64,000 nucleotides of DNA from Octopus sinensis (lineage: Eukaryota), in NCBI RefSeq assembly GCF_006345805.1, contig NC_043002.1, positions 27,280,001 through 27,344,000 of the forward strand, written 5' to 3'. Below, in pieces: positions 25,004-40,416 of the stretch (position 1 is its first letter; every line of letters starts with the position of its first letter). The notes beneath the pieces are model-generated. The model made no database searches and was not told the origin of the DNA. It saw only the letters and a program-made list of their open reading frames with translations. A program made the position numbers and the translations under genes.

Positions 25004-26058
25004 AGTGTGCGTGTGTGTGTACGCATAACTTCGTAAATACATACATTCTTACATAGCCCCATACTTATATACACGCATATATTTATTCATTATATACATA
25101 CATATACATATATGTATATATATATACTTCATGTAAATTATCTAAACTGGATATCTAAATCAGTATTAACTGGATATGTGGATTTTATTTACTCGGAGAG
25201 TGAGAAATTGTCTTAGCTGGTAATTGAAGAATGTATTGATGATATATTTCCAAATGTTACCTTGTCACATTATTCCTTATCAGATTCAAACCAGATAATG
25301 CATTATAGATTGAAGTCTATTAAGGCGTCTATGCAACTGTGTTTAAAAGGAATTATTTACTTGGATATATACTGTTAAAGAATTACGATTCAATTACATT
25401 AGGTAAGGAATATTTAAATCTCTGTAGGCATAAGCAGTCAGGCTGTTGAAAATCTCTTTTCAAGAAAAACTATTACAGAGTGTATATATAAAATATAAAG
25501 TATAACTGGCATTATTTGTGTATAGATTAAGTGCATGTAAAAGACTGTAATAAAATCAATATTCATTGTATATATTTAATCTATTGAAAAGAGTGTTCTC
25601 ATCTTTATATTAATCCGCTAAAAAGAACAAAGTATATTTATATTAATGCCGAAGGATTAGCGGAATATAATTACATGTATCTTAGCATAAATATTATTTT
25701 CGGTAAATATATTATTTGATAAGTATAAAGTAGATTTAAGCAATAATTTCCAAAAAAAATTCTAGGCTGTGTTATTAAATGTATGAATCATACGAAAAGA
25801 TATCGTACTGTTGATTTCTATTTGTGAAAAGGCAAAACTGTTTTAGAAATATAACATAAGTCCATAAAACTATGTAAAAGTAAGAGCTGGGTTAGATCCT
25901 GTAGAACTCCATAAAAATAATTCTTAAATTAGTGTTTGGAAAACAATGTCCAAAGCAATATGCTTAATGTAAAATGGTTTCACTTATCCGATAAGCATAC
26001 TTCCACTTATTAATCGAAATATATGTATATATCAATATCTATCCATCTATCTATCTAC

Positions 26059-26113
<55 letters not shown>

Positions 26114-26187
26114 CATATCCATCTATTTATCTATCTATCTATTAATCAATCTATCAATCAACCAATATATGTATGTATGTATGTATG

Positions 26188-26229
<42 letters not shown>

Positions 26230-26288
26230 ACTGTGCAACAGTAGATGTGAAACCAATGCTAACTTTTTGACCAGAACCAAGATTATAC

Positions 26289-27680
<1,392 letters not shown>

Positions 27681-28775
27681 AGGATGAGGTTAATGTGTAA
27701 AACCAAGTCAAGTATCCAGTTTGAAGACGATTTTATCCATTCCACAAGTCATTGAACCCCTGTAAAAATATCATGAACGCTATCTTTCCTCCTGACTAAC
27801 AAATGAAAAATGGTAGGGACTGCATCGACTGTTGTTAAGCGCAAGTGTTACATTTAAAATATTAATTATGATGGATTTTTTAAAATCTAATATTTAGGAT
27901 ACTCCAAGATATGTAAATAACTATGTGGGATGATCAATTCATTATAATCTATCCAGGTTTTATAAACAAACAAGCAAACAAACAAAGAATCAAAGCTTGA
28001 AATCTCACAGTTGATACATTCTATACACAACCAAACAATGAGGCAATGAAATACACATTCTGCTTCGCCCTAGCGCTTTAGAAAGACTGTAAAAGTCTTA
28101 TTATCAATGCTAGTTAAAAGCATAAGATATGCCCTTAGTTGAAAATCTTCTGACCGACGTTGGGTTGAGATAAGTTGGTATTATTCGGTTGTGGTTAATG
28201 ATAGTAATAATGACACTTTGATTGATATCAAATTAAAAACATGCTGAAGTATGGAAATTACAATGGGTGCATACATAATGATGAATACAGTTATTTACAT
28301 TGTTGCTTGTACAAACAGCATATATTTTCTTGTATATTTATAATGCCATAGAGCTAATTGTACATATGTGATTATCAGCCCTCTATGAAGATATCGTGTA
28401 TTGTCATATTCAATACATGTATACACGTACATCACATGCACTCGTCTGTGCGTGTGAGTGTGAGTGTGCGTGTGTGTGTAGAAAATGATGCAGTTAAATT
28501 TTTATGACAATATTTCACGTATGGGAAGTAAGGTTTATGTAATCAAACAGTTTCACTTCTTTTTGAAAATATTAATGATGTCATTATTGATCTTATAATT
28601 TCGTGCTTTCATAATTGGCAGTTGTTGGCGATGTTACGATTTCATACCGACTGGGAAAATACAAATGAATTAAAAAATGATATAGAATTGACAGTTTAGA
28701 AAATGTTTAAATGGGATGTATTTATACCGATCGACACTGAATAATACAAATCTCTTTCAATATATATATAAATTT

Positions 28776-28847
<72 letters not shown>

Positions 28848-28850
<3 letters not shown>

Positions 28851-29274
28851 GGTCCCGGGTTGATTCGGGGTTAACCACAGTAAATAAGGTACTCAATACA
28901 TAGCAGAGTAAAATTAATTTATTATATAGAAGGAGCTTCTACAGGACTAGAACTGTTTCATTCAAGAGAAATCTTCAGGAGAAGATTTCTCTTGAATGAA
29001 ACAGTTCTAGTCCTGTAGAAGCTCCTTCTATATAATAAATATATATATATATATATTATATATATATATATTATATATATATGTAGGTCCCGGGTTGATT
29101 CGGGGTTAACCACAGTAAATAAGGTACTCAATACATAGCAGAGTAAAATTAATTATTATATAGAAGGAGCTTCTACAGGACTAGAACTGTTTCATTCAAG
29201 AGAAATCTTCAGGAGAAGATTTCTCTTGAATGAAACAGTTCTAGTCCTGTAGAAGCTCCTTCTATATAATAAAT
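28848..29274. repeat. Two tandem copies of a ~193-bp unit, each ending in a ~60-bp-arm hairpin
   Basis: Units 28848-29040 and 29083-29274. Arms 28917-28976 / 28981-29040 with loop AGGA. Confidence 0.95.
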
Positions 29275-29325
29275 ATATATATATATTATATATATATATA
29301 TATGCTTGCAAACGGTATGCTCTAC

Positions 29326-29403
29326 GAAACAGTTATAAAAGAAACTTATTGCAAGTAATGAAACAGTTATAAAAGAAATTTATTGAAAGTAATGGAACAG
29401 TTA
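29326..29403 (+). repeat. 34-bp tandem repeat, ~2.3 copies
   Basis: gaaacagttataaaagaaa(c/t)ttattg(c/a)aagtaat. Confidence 0.8.
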
Positions 29404-30869
29404 ACAATTTTGTTACAATTGTAGCGAACAGGTTTATCAGATAATGAATATGATTACAAAAGTAATGTAAATGAATATCTAGTGCATTCTGTGACTTACT
29501 AAACGAGTCGCAAAAGCAAAAAATTGTGGGAAGCATTCAAAATATGCATTATCGTATTATCCCCAAAAGACTTAAAGTATAAACCTAGCGTTAGAATATA
29601 TTTTATGTCTTAAATCTCTTTCTGAAGCACATTAACAGATTTTTATAAAATATGATCAAGTTATGTTGAAAGCCCTTGCAACAACTATGTGAGTTCACGA
29701 CCATGACTGTGAAGCAATCAAATTTCAATAGAACCTTGCAGAAGAAGTTTCAGAAAGAACAGAAAATAGATGAAGGATTGAAAATGTTTGTACAACGTAT
29801 TTGCATGTCTTGTTTAATACCAAATTTTACCAACGAAAATCAGGAACTAAGATGGTCTCGAAAGTAGCGTCAGTCGAACAAATTTGAAGGACACTTGTAT
29901 CGAAAATCGTCAATAAAATATGAGATTCGCGTTATAAGAGAAAACCTGGAAAATAACTTTCGACGACTACTTCTTTGCAATGACAATACACGGTATCTAT
30001 ATGATTTATTAGTCTTATTTTAAGAACGACTATTATTAAAATAAGTAAAATATATAACCAAATTGAGAGAGAAAGAGATAGAGAGGGAAAGAAAGGAGGA
30101 GGGAGAGAAAGGGAGAGAAGCATATACTAGGAATTAACAAACTAGACGAAATATCTACATTTTACCTCATGTAACCCAAGCACACACGAATAAATATTAC
30201 TTTTATCTCAACCAAATGGATATGCATAGTTTAATCCCCTATGAATACCTGCGATATTTAGCTCTAATAACTTAAATGTATACTAATCAGCAAACCTTAT
30301 TAACCCTAAAGAGCCAAGGTAATTTTATGTCTAGATCTTACGAGAAATGAAAATTTCATCCAGCACCTCGGCACAAGAACCGATAAACAACAAAAGGTAT
30401 GATATTACTTTTCTGAATGCACCAATGCTGAAAAGGTACACAGGAAAAAATCGAATTCTAAGGGATTTTACAAATATGAAAGTAAAAGGCAGTCACAGTT
30501 GCCAAGTGAATTATCAACAGAAGCTAAATTATATTTAAGGAAAGAATGAAATAACTGTAAAAATGTTTGAATACCCTAGTATGGAATCTGTTTTAACTAG
30601 ACGGATCGTTCACAATTCCGTTATAAGCAATATTTCAAACTAAAGAAGGGTATTACTTGTGCATCCGGAAACTGGATATATAGGACAATCTCTAAAGACC
30701 TTAAGAAAAGGCATCGCAAATACAATTGTTTCGATACTGACAGGAGTCTCTCAAGTAACATGCATTTTATGATGATTATTTGTATATCTGTTCCTAATTC
30801 CTTCAAAGAGGTTCACTGTATAGTACGTCATATGATAATGGTTTAAATTTTGCCACAAGAGCAGCAGTT

Positions 30870-31045
30870 TTCGGAGAAGAGATGAGTCAATTACTTGGCC
30901 CCCAGTGTTCAGCTGGTACTTATTTTATCTGACCCGAAAGGATGAACGACAAAGTCGACCTCAGTGGACTTTGAAATCAGAATGTAAAAAGGGACGAAAT
31001 GTCTCGAAGCATTTTACCCGGCGTGCTAACGCTTCTGCCGGCACA
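30870..31045 (-). mobile_element. SINE family C
   Basis: ctggtacttattttat..cccgaaaggatgaacgacaaagtcgacctc...cccggcgtgctaacgcttctgcc. Confidence 0.85.
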
Positions 31046-31054
31046 CTGACTTTG

Positions 31055-31343
31055 TACGTCATACAATAACTTCTCATTTTATCGGTGACACTGTGTTCAT
31101 ATTTACACGGTGCATATAACGGTTTTTTATCGGTTGGCAGATATAAGCACTGATTACCAGACAATATGTTATCTGATATAATTAAAAAATCCAGCGGTTT
31201 TATATACATTTAAAGGTCTGTGTACTTTTGGCTGACGAGACTCATGTCGAAACACCGGGTCTCCCAGAATCCTGTGCGCCATTAAGCCAAGTGCTTTGAA
31301 CACAATGTAGTCGGAAAAGTTGGAGTTATTGTCCTATGACGTA
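31055..31343. mobile_element. IR-bounded (~45 bp, degenerate) short element with internal HHR
   Basis: tacgtcatacaataac..tgtgttca versus tgaacaca..gttattgtcctatgacgta. Confidence 0.55.
31225..31268 (+). ncRNA. Minimal type I hammerhead motif
   Basis: CTGACGA(31232)-GAC tcat GTC-GAAA-CACCGGG-TC/. Intact core and stem II, weak stem I. Confidence 0.6.
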
Positions 31344-32029
31344 TGGTAGGCACTACCGAACATATAAATTAATGGGCAAGATATCACAAAACAAATTTTA
31401 AAATATTTCCTTTGCTGCTGTGTAGAGCGAAATCATAACAACAACAAATAATTGAGGAGATTGAACTCACTGAAAATACCGACCCATTAAATATTGACAT
31501 TGAAATAATTATAATTCAGCTTATAGTTACTTCTTTACTAATAGAAAAATATGAACATTTCATTTAATGCATCTCCAGTTATTGCAAATAGCTCTTATGT
31601 AATTATTATAAAAATTACAAACCACAGGTGGGTATGAAACCATGAAAGTATAGGAATATTATTTACAAAATCGTGATCACTTTCAAATGCAGTATTGCCA
31701 TAGTATCAAAGCCCCAACCCTCTAATTCATATTTTACTACGGACAATAAGAAATAAGAACATGTTCTCCCCTTCGGAAGTAAACGAATTCAAACAGGAGA
31801 GTGAGAGCAACCAGAGGCATTAATGATAAAACGAAAAGCATATTTAATATAACATGGGAAAATCCGCACTCGGCAGCTAATCGGAAATAAATATTATTTC
31901 CTCACCGGAATACATGACAATACTTTTATGTGAAACAGCTGTAAATACACAGTCTAGTATTGTTTAAGAATATAAGAAGTATAATATTTGTACCCGAATT
32001 ATGAATTATAAACGCAGATAAATATTGGT

Positions 32030-32465
32030 TTCAAATTTTCCCACAAGGTCAGCAGATTCAGAAGATGGGTAAACCGATTATATCGACGGAACTGCAAACC
32101 TGGTCCTTAGCTTGTTGACCATGAAAGATTGAAACGCAAAGTCAACCTCGGTGAAATTTGATCTCAGAAGATAAAAACGGATGAACTGCAGCCAAGCAGT
32201 TTTGCCCGGCACGGCAAAGATTCTACCAGTTCGCCACCTTAGCGTGAATATATATTGATTTCAAATTTTGGCAGAAAGCCAGCAATTTCGGGGAGTGAGT
32301 AATTCGATTGCATCGACCTCATTATTCAATTGGTACTTACTTTATCGACCCCCAAAAAGATAAAAGGTTAAGTCGACCTGGAAGTTGAACTCACAAGCTG
32401 AAATCGGACGAAATGTCACTCAGCATTTCTCCCGGCGTGCTAACAATTCTGTCAGCCCATCTCCT
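32030..32465 (-). mobile_element. Two adjacent SINE family C copies
   Basis: Repeated tggtttcaaatttt..., aagtcaacctcggtgaaatttga / aagtcgacctgg, cccggc. Confidence 0.8.
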
Positions 32466-32541
32466 TCAACGTGATTATAATAAATGAACTTGATTAGAAA
32501 AAAACACAGACGCGACAGGATACTCAAACAGAATGTAGAGC

Positions 32542-32668
32542 TTAGATGGCCAATTCTGCTTCGTTGATCATATGAACTGAAATCCAAATTTCGTCCATCA
32601 AGCCCTTCCAGATTTTAATATCTCGTGAAGGAACATAAGGATCCAAAGTGAACTGGATCATCATTAAT
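32542..32668 (-). CDS. Candidate terminal coding exon (LMMIQFTLDPYVPSRDIKIWKGLMDEIWISVHMINEAELAI*), unknown product
   Basis: Long polypyrimidine tract ending ...ctgaccttag, then an open frame to TAA; no recognisable homology. Confidence 0.25.
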
Positions 32669-34689
32669 CTAAGGTCAGAGCAGAAAGAAGGGAAGAAAAG
32701 GAATAACGTATTCATTTCAAATAATTCACCACTCATCCTTCAAGTGATCCAAGAAAACATCCTGTTATTTTTTTCCTTCAACGAAACTTGTTTCAAATAA
32801 TATCAATATTTGGTAGCAATATTAAACTTTTATTTGCAGTTGGAATATCTACACCAACGTACTGAAAATATCATTGCTTAAATATTGGCTGTAATTAATT
32901 AATTTGTGTAATTATTCTTTTCTTAATTCATTTTGTAAAGTAATTGGTTACCCCTACCAATAAATCACATCAATTAACTCTCTTTCGTGATCTTATTACC
33001 AGCGCAATTACGTTATAACCTAACTTAATGAATATGCAGCTATAAATTATTATAAAATATATACATTTGCGTGTGTATTTCTGCATGCATATTTGTATAC
33101 ACCGGTATAAAGTAATTTGTAGAATTTGGCCGCTAATGACATTTCCGATTATTTTATATGATTGACATAAAGATGGCAGAAAAGAGACATACAAACTGAA
33201 ATATCTGAAAACACATCGAACTACGACACGTCACAAACATAAGTTTTGACAATTTTTTTATTGGCCTGTAAACTTCATTGTAGATAGAGATAGTAGCGGG
33301 GGCAACTTTTGTATAATGGAGACTTCCAATTATAAAAATAGAGATTGAAGAAGAGAAATATTTAAAGAAAAGCAAGAGTAATAGAAAAATACATGAAATA
33401 TGAAATGTTCTTCAGGTTATTGTAGATGCTGAAATAATATCTTCCACCAAGAATGGACCTTCATGCTTATCAGTATATAACAGTGAAAATATCTTAAAGC
33501 CTTTATTGATACAGCGTGTCTGTCCAAATTTATAAAGTTTTTCAGTACGATGTTTTTACTGCGAAGAAAATCACAATTAACGTAAGAGGACACATATTTT
33601 CTAATGTACTTGTGAATCCTGATTTTTCCCTACGTTCTTATCGTTTAGATTGCATATGTATTTAGAGGAGGAAGACATAAAACACTTTTCTTAATGTCTG
33701 AATGTATGGAAATGTTGCGATAACCTTTTCCATAATGGTTTTTCCTCTTGCCCTCTGTATATGTTTTGGTTTCACTGATATCTGCATGAGAAAACTTTGC
33801 TCCATACACGAATATTTTAGAGAGACACTTTAACATAGTGTATAAAAATAGGATTATTACAATTACATGCAGGGAGAAAACTTGTCGTCTCAACACAAGT
33901 ACGATTTCTACTATTTACATTAAATATGGTGACAGCAAGATTTATGTTGCAGCTGTGACGTTCTTACAAATTACTTTATGGAACATTTATAACTATTGTC
34001 TGTAGGGAAATGCTTATATCATAGATTTAGGAGCTCTTTGATAATATTAGAACGAATATTTATAATATTCCGAGGTTTTTGTAATATAGTCTTTAAATCC
34101 TTAGTTTGGCATAGATGAATATTAATATGACTTTATATATGATAAATTCTATCCTTAAAGCCAGTGAATTTTAATACGTTATTGTAAGAATTAGAAGCAC
34201 GAATTAAAGATTACTTATGATCAAACAAACTCCAAATAAGCTGCGTCAAGAAGATTTATGTAGTAAAATCGATAAAGACTGCAGTGAACTTACTGAGGAG
34301 TGGAAAATCAAGCGTTTAGGACAATGTCCTTCTAGAGAGAAAAGTTGAAAGGAAAGAAATATATGAAACACAGAAGAGTTCTTCATCTGTTTTGAAAAAA
34401 TAACAGGCCGCAACTTATCAGGAACACAAGATCACTTGAAATTCCAACGTGAACAAGAAGCAGAAGAAACAGGTAAAGTTGAGAGATAGGTGAAGGATAA
34501 GGACGAGGTGAGAGGAGAGTTCGTGAGCAAAACAAGTGTTTAATGAATAAAGAGGACTTAGGTGCAGAAGAAACGAAGCGTTTGGTTAAAAATGTCGGTG
34601 ACGGGATACTAAGTTCGAAAATTAAATGCTGTTCCCTCAGCACTTATACATATATCTGACTACAGACTGCTTTTCGTTTGCGATTGAGG

Positions 34690-35630
34690 ACTACAAGTAG
34701 GTATCTCGGATCTCTATAGGAGCACAAATGGGCTTTTATTTTGCCAACTTATTTATCGATTAAGTTGTGGTTTAAATGTTCCGGACTGACCACAGAGTTC
34801 GGTACATAGACGACTGTGTCGGCGCATCCATGCGTTTCTGAGAATAGTTTTATTTCATCTCCTCAGTTTCTTCCCTACATTACTCCCTTGAGTTTCTTTC
34901 TGTCATCTCCGGTACCTCTGTCGAAATTTTAGATATATTTTTCTGTATAGAGCCTCACGATCACTCTCTCACCATTTCTGCTTTCTTTAAACTCAGCGAC
35001 TCCCCACCCTCCCTCTAGTTTCGTCCTCCACACGGAAACGCTATCTTTTACACCTGAATCCCACATCACTAGTGTCTGTACCACCAAATCATAGATTTTG
35101 AGACTAGGTCTCAATACTTGGCTCATATCCTAACTCGGCTGTACCGGTTTCCTCCAAATGGACAGATCTTTTACGTTCTTTTTCCTCCATTATAACCTAC
35201 TTCTTCGCCGGGATATGCTATGGACCTGCCAATTTTTCCTGTCCGATCCCACTACCCTACCCTTGGTCTCCATTTCACCACTACCGCCCTTTCAATTGCG
35301 CTCGAAATCTATCAAACTTACTGGTCTATCGTTCATTTCCCTCCATCATTTCAGCCGATCCCGGATTTTTCCTGTGCTCTAGACATCGTTGTCACACCTG
35401 TCCATTCATCACTAAAATAACCTCCAATTCACGACTCAATCACCGCATTGCACACATCCGTAGATCTTTCTACCAAAGTCATCTATGACTTAAAATTCAT
35501 TTAAGTATACATTTGACACCTCAAATATAAGATCCCTTCCTTGAGAACGAAGGCTTGTCTCATCCTACGATGGAATCACGCTGCAAACATTATTTTGGAT
35601 CAACGAGAACCGAGAAACAGCTGTTGGATT
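34690..35630 (+). mobile_element. Decayed Penelope-like RT to start of GIY-YIG region
   Basis: AQMGFYFANLF, FRYIDDCVGA (YIDD at 34803-34814), CSRHRCHTCPFI, STKVIY; HHR-like GAAACAGCTGTT near 35610. Confidence 0.7.
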
Positions 35631-36059
35631 TGTAATATTTTTCTTCAACACCTTTAGTTCTCTAAATCATTTGTGTTCTGTGTAAGTCGTACCTTTCGTA
35701 TGTAAACATATAAACATTATGTGAAATTCATTTACGTAATATACTTTATATATTGATCTGTTTAACATTCATATCCTTACATTTACTTTAATACCCGCTC
35801 AAGTCTAAATCTTTTGAGTACTACTAATTGTATACTGTGTAGAGAATATGTGATTCTCATCTATGATATATATATATTCAGATGAATATGGTACTTAAAG
35901 TTAAAGGCACCAGAATTTTGTATGGTATTATCCATATAAATCAAAAGGGGTGATTATAATCAAAATAAGCAACAAGGATTTCCAAGGTGGTGTAGTACAA
36001 TTGTTTCATGCTACCTCATTCTATTAAACACTGTAAGTATTATATCAGTTTTAAAATGT

Positions 36060-36530
36060 CGTGCAATCTTCAGTCACATATAGAATTTTTCAATCAAACG
36101 GACAATGCACATTCTTATATTTTTTCTGTATAAGAATGTGAGTCTATTATTTCTGAAGATATTCCTCATAACATTTGCTAACTTGTTTTCGTTCATACAT
36201 AGTCTGCTATCTTGGTTCCGTGTTCTCCATATTTGATGAGAGTGTGCAGTGTGTTTCGCTTCAGATGAGCTGCTTAATTCATAGTAATATGCGTATATTA
36301 CTTCTGTATACTCTTCTCGTGTCCATTCGATCCTCTTACATTTTTCTTTCTGTGGTGGGTATGGTGATGGACTTGGAGGGCTTAAGTCGGGGCAGTTCCC
36401 GTTCAAGTGACCATCCAGGTTCGTATTCAAAGAATAGTTTGTGCCAGTAGATCACTTTTCTATCCCTGAGGGACGCGCTTCCAGATTAACCATAGGACCA
36501 GGGATTTTGTGTATTGTTGTAGCTTTCCTT
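36060..36530 (-). mobile_element. 5' (N-terminal) fragment of R4/Dong-like LINE
   Basis: RIEWTREEYTEVIYAYY...IWRTRN...NKLANVMRNIFRNNRLT. Confidence 0.7.
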
Positions 36531-37439
36531 TGTGTTTCGTTAAACATATTTGTGCTACATTAAAATTATTAGTATCGAGCCATTGGCGATTGTTGTCTCT
36601 GCCACCGTTGTCAACTCCGCCATTAATATCATTACAGTTAGTTTAATCTTGCTATTACAGCATTGCGCATGGTTAGTTACCACGAATAGTGCCTTGACCT
36701 GCATACACTGGTGAAAATAAATTTAAGACCGATTATAGAAGTTCTATTTCTTACAAAATATTTTGTTACTAACACCATACAAATTTTATTATCTTTTACA
36801 CCTTATGCAGGATTTATTTCTCTTTCGAACGATGCAGATAATAACTATTTTTATACGACTTGAAGAATTCTAGTGCTAAATTGATATAAACGTTTCAAAT
36901 TTACAGGGAAAATTAGAACTTTTATCATCGGTCTTAAATTTATTTTCGCCAGTGTTGTTGTGGCTAACCTTTGTAGCCATGGTAACAGTATAATCATTAT
37001 TTATTTAAATCTCCCACCTTTGCTACAACTATTGTGTGGTATTATTAAATGTTGTTTTATTTCAACTTTTGTACTTCAGATAATCACAAATATGTGAGGG
37101 TTGAAGGGAATAGTAGGAGGAAAAGAAGCAGCTTGGTAAATAGACCACATTCCACAGGTCTGTAAATACGGTAGATGGTGAGATCAGCAATGGACATTCA
37201 TGTGTGATAATGAGACAAAAGGGGCCTCACACTGTAGGGTCAGCAGAGATCAAATGTGTTTACTACTATTAACGATCAATGAGGTCGCTGACCTTCGGCT
37301 TGAATAGAACCAATTTACATTGTTCTACTTTTTAATTACTAATAGCAACAATAATAATACTGATGTTCACATCGTTGAACATCCATTGAACTTTTTGCAG
37401 CAATTATTGACTTGACAGAGCAAACATGTGGCACGAACA

Positions 37440-37914
37440 TAACCCCGAAGGCATCATCGAAAATGATAATGCAAAGATTCAATGAGATTTTATGATTCAG
37501 TGCGACCATGAGATAGAGAATTGGAAACCAGGCATCGTGTTAAATGAGAAAGAAAGCAAACGATGCTGGATCATAAATATAGCATGCTCCGCTGACAACA
37601 AGGCATGCTATTTTCACCTGTGGATCGAGCCTCCTTTATGCCATTATTTGTGGAAATTCTATTATTCATTACTCTCATGAATAGGTAGGTGTCACAATTA
37701 CCACTAATTTTATCGCGACATCATAAAAAAGAAATTGTACGTTGACGTTGAATGTCTTCTACTATAATTTACAACCAGGAATCAAAATTTATAATGTGCG
37801 GTAAGAGAACCTGTGAGACCTCTGACATCAGGCTGCTGTCCGCTCTCACAGAATCTACCAGAGGAAAAAAAGATCGACCGCTCTGAGAAGTAAAACAATA
37901 GTGATAATAACACC

Positions 37915-37962
<48 letters not shown>

Positions 37963-37980
37963 AATAATAATAATAACATA
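37440..37980 (+). mobile_element. 3' fragments of R4/Dong-like LINE (REL endonuclease piece, 3' UTR, (AAC)/(AAT) tail)
   Basis: IENDNAKIQ*DFMIQCDHEIENWKPGIV..CWIINIAC. Confidence 0.7.
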
Positions 37981-38059
37981 ATGGTTCTGAGTAAATTCGA
38001 TAGTTTGCATAAAAGGTAAAGACAACACAATATCCCATTCAAACAAAGGTATTTTTTAA

Positions 38060-38540
38060 AAATGAAAAAAAGTGCCAAACTAGATGATGGTCGTTATAGA
38101 ACATTTACTCGAAGTAGCTGCCTCAGTTTCCACTACAGACTTAAGCTGGTTTCGGAATCTGGTGCATGCGTTCCCTATTGTGTTCGTGGGAAGATATGCA
38201 AGCATTTCCTTGATCTTGGCTACCAGCTCTCCTTTGGTGTTGCAAGCTCAGTAGTTAGTGTCTTTCTCAACAGTGCCCCACACATAGTAATCCATGGGAT
38301 TACAATCGGAAGAAATCGGAAGACAGAAATTGTTGCGGGTGAAGAAGTAGAAATTCTGTGGCAACCAGTTTTGACTCTTTTCATAGGTATTACAAAGAGC
38401 CGCATTTTACTGCCATACATATAGCCTTCCAGGGACTGATCAGTCTCAAGCAGCTTAACTAAACCCAACGCTGTGTTCAAAGACATGGGATTTAAGCCCG
38501 GAAAGTGGATGCAGTCAGATCGCAAACACATGCATATAAG
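38060..38540 (-). mobile_element. Tc1/mariner (maT-like) transposase C-terminal fragment
   Basis: YVWQ*NAALC, SDCNPMDYYVWGTVEKDTN, AKIKEMFA across frameshifts. Confidence 0.75.
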
Positions 38541-38714
38541 TATTTCTTATAAGGAGTATGGCTCTTCTTAGAAGATGTACTGTGACAATAAAAACTTGCT
38601 CTCTCGTATATAATTAATAAGATGTTTCTCGTAATATTCGATCTATTCAAATTTAAGTCGAAGAGACAAGAATAACATGTTTGCTAACGCTTTTTGACTT
38701 CTCAATAATATAAA

Positions 38715-38920
38715 TGTAACAGAATCGTTAGCCTATTGGACGGAATGCTTAGCAAAATTTCTTTCGACTTCATCTGATGAGTTCAAACTCTACTGCGGTC
38801 GACTTTGCCTTTCGTTCTTTCGAGACCGTGAAAATAAGTACCAGTTGAGCAGTGAGGTTGACGTAATCGACTAGCGCCCTCATTCTGTTTCGGGCTTCTA
38901 CCTATAGTAAAACAATTCAT
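38715..38920 (+). mobile_element. SINE family C
   Basis: cagaatcgttagc..atgcttagc..gagttcaaac..gtcgactttgcctttc..aataagtaccagttgag. Confidence 0.85.
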
Positions 38921-40337
38921 ATAAAAATTGGGGATTATATATATTTTGGATGATGAGTGGGAGACCTGGTGATTATCAGTTTGAGAATGAATCACTTCTA
39001 AATTTCTTCATCTATTGACGAAAACATGTGTCAACGATAAAAGATCTCCTTTGGCATTTATATGCTATCGGGCTTTATGATGTACAAGATCCAACGACGA
39101 TCTACCTTCCGTTGAATACAGACAAAGTATTATGATCGATATAATCGACTAAAGTTTCTGATGCTGTTACCCAAAGCAAGCCAACACTTCGATACTGAAA
39201 AGAGTAAAATAATAAAACATGAGATTAAGAATTACTATTATACTGAAAACATTTTTTCTTCATGCATCTAGAATGAAAAATTTCAGATAACACTTATATA
39301 TATAATATATATATATAGTTTTTGGTCATATCATTTGAGGTAATTTTTAGGTAAGCCAATTACTATTTTCCTTTATGACCTCACGTTCTACATGAAGAGG
39401 TACCATTTGGTTTAAATGTTTATAGACAATCAATAGCACATCATGTACATGGTAAACACGCGTTGCCAGAAAATAATATCGTATGTGTACACTATAATTT
39501 CCTGGTGATATACTTCTATATTTCCATTATATATATTGCAGAGCCACATAGGTGTCAGGCGCGCCAGTACACTTACAAAAATGTAGACACAGACAGACAC
39601 ATTTATACCTCATAGAGATACCACTCTCACATATTCCCACAAAAACGCACATTCATACACACACATACATCTATACATTATGGTATATAAATACATACAT
39701 TTCTGTAGTATACAGTAATAAATATTACATATACGTTCATAATGTACATACGTATACGTATACATAGAGAAAGGAAGAGAGAGAGAGAGAGAGAGACAGA
39801 AAGATAAATAGATATATATTTAAAGATAAATAGATAGACAGATAGAAAGATAGAAAGATAGGTAGATAGATAGAGAGATAGATAAATAGATAGATAGATA
39901 TACACATACACACCAAGCAAATTTTCAGTTTATGTATAATATGCACGTAATAGACTATTACTTGTTTCAGTTTTAGAATAGCGATTATACAAGGTGAGGG
40001 CAACTCAATCTCACTGTGTTCTACTTTCGTCTACCATTTTGTCTTGTATATAATTCTGGGCTGAACATAACCTTGGAAATGGATTTGCGAGACTGAAAAT
40101 GTGTAGGCGCCCACGGTATACTTGTGTATACACATGCATGCATACATGCACACATATATACATACATGCATAATAACATATATGTATATATGTATATATA
40201 TATATATATATATATAGTTGAAATTTATAGAAAAACAAAAGACGAAGACCGGTATATGAGCAACAAGCAAGTGTAATAGTTTGATGCTCGGGGAAAATGA
40301 AAAAGTCTTTTACATTATATATATATATATATATGCG

Positions 40338-40416
<79 letters not shown>

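Noticed and set aside
28848-29403. Repeated units considered as a CRISPR-like array
   Set aside because: No constant repeat with unique spacers, no cas genes, eukaryotic context.
31895-31950. ACAT..ATGT-GAAACAGCTGTA
   Set aside because: The CTGANGA half is not recognisable.
32950-33900. Minus-strand hydrophobic frames vaguely like a GPCR or membrane protein
   Set aside because: Multiple stops, no convincing family motifs, and AT-rich DNA gives hydrophobic translations by chance.
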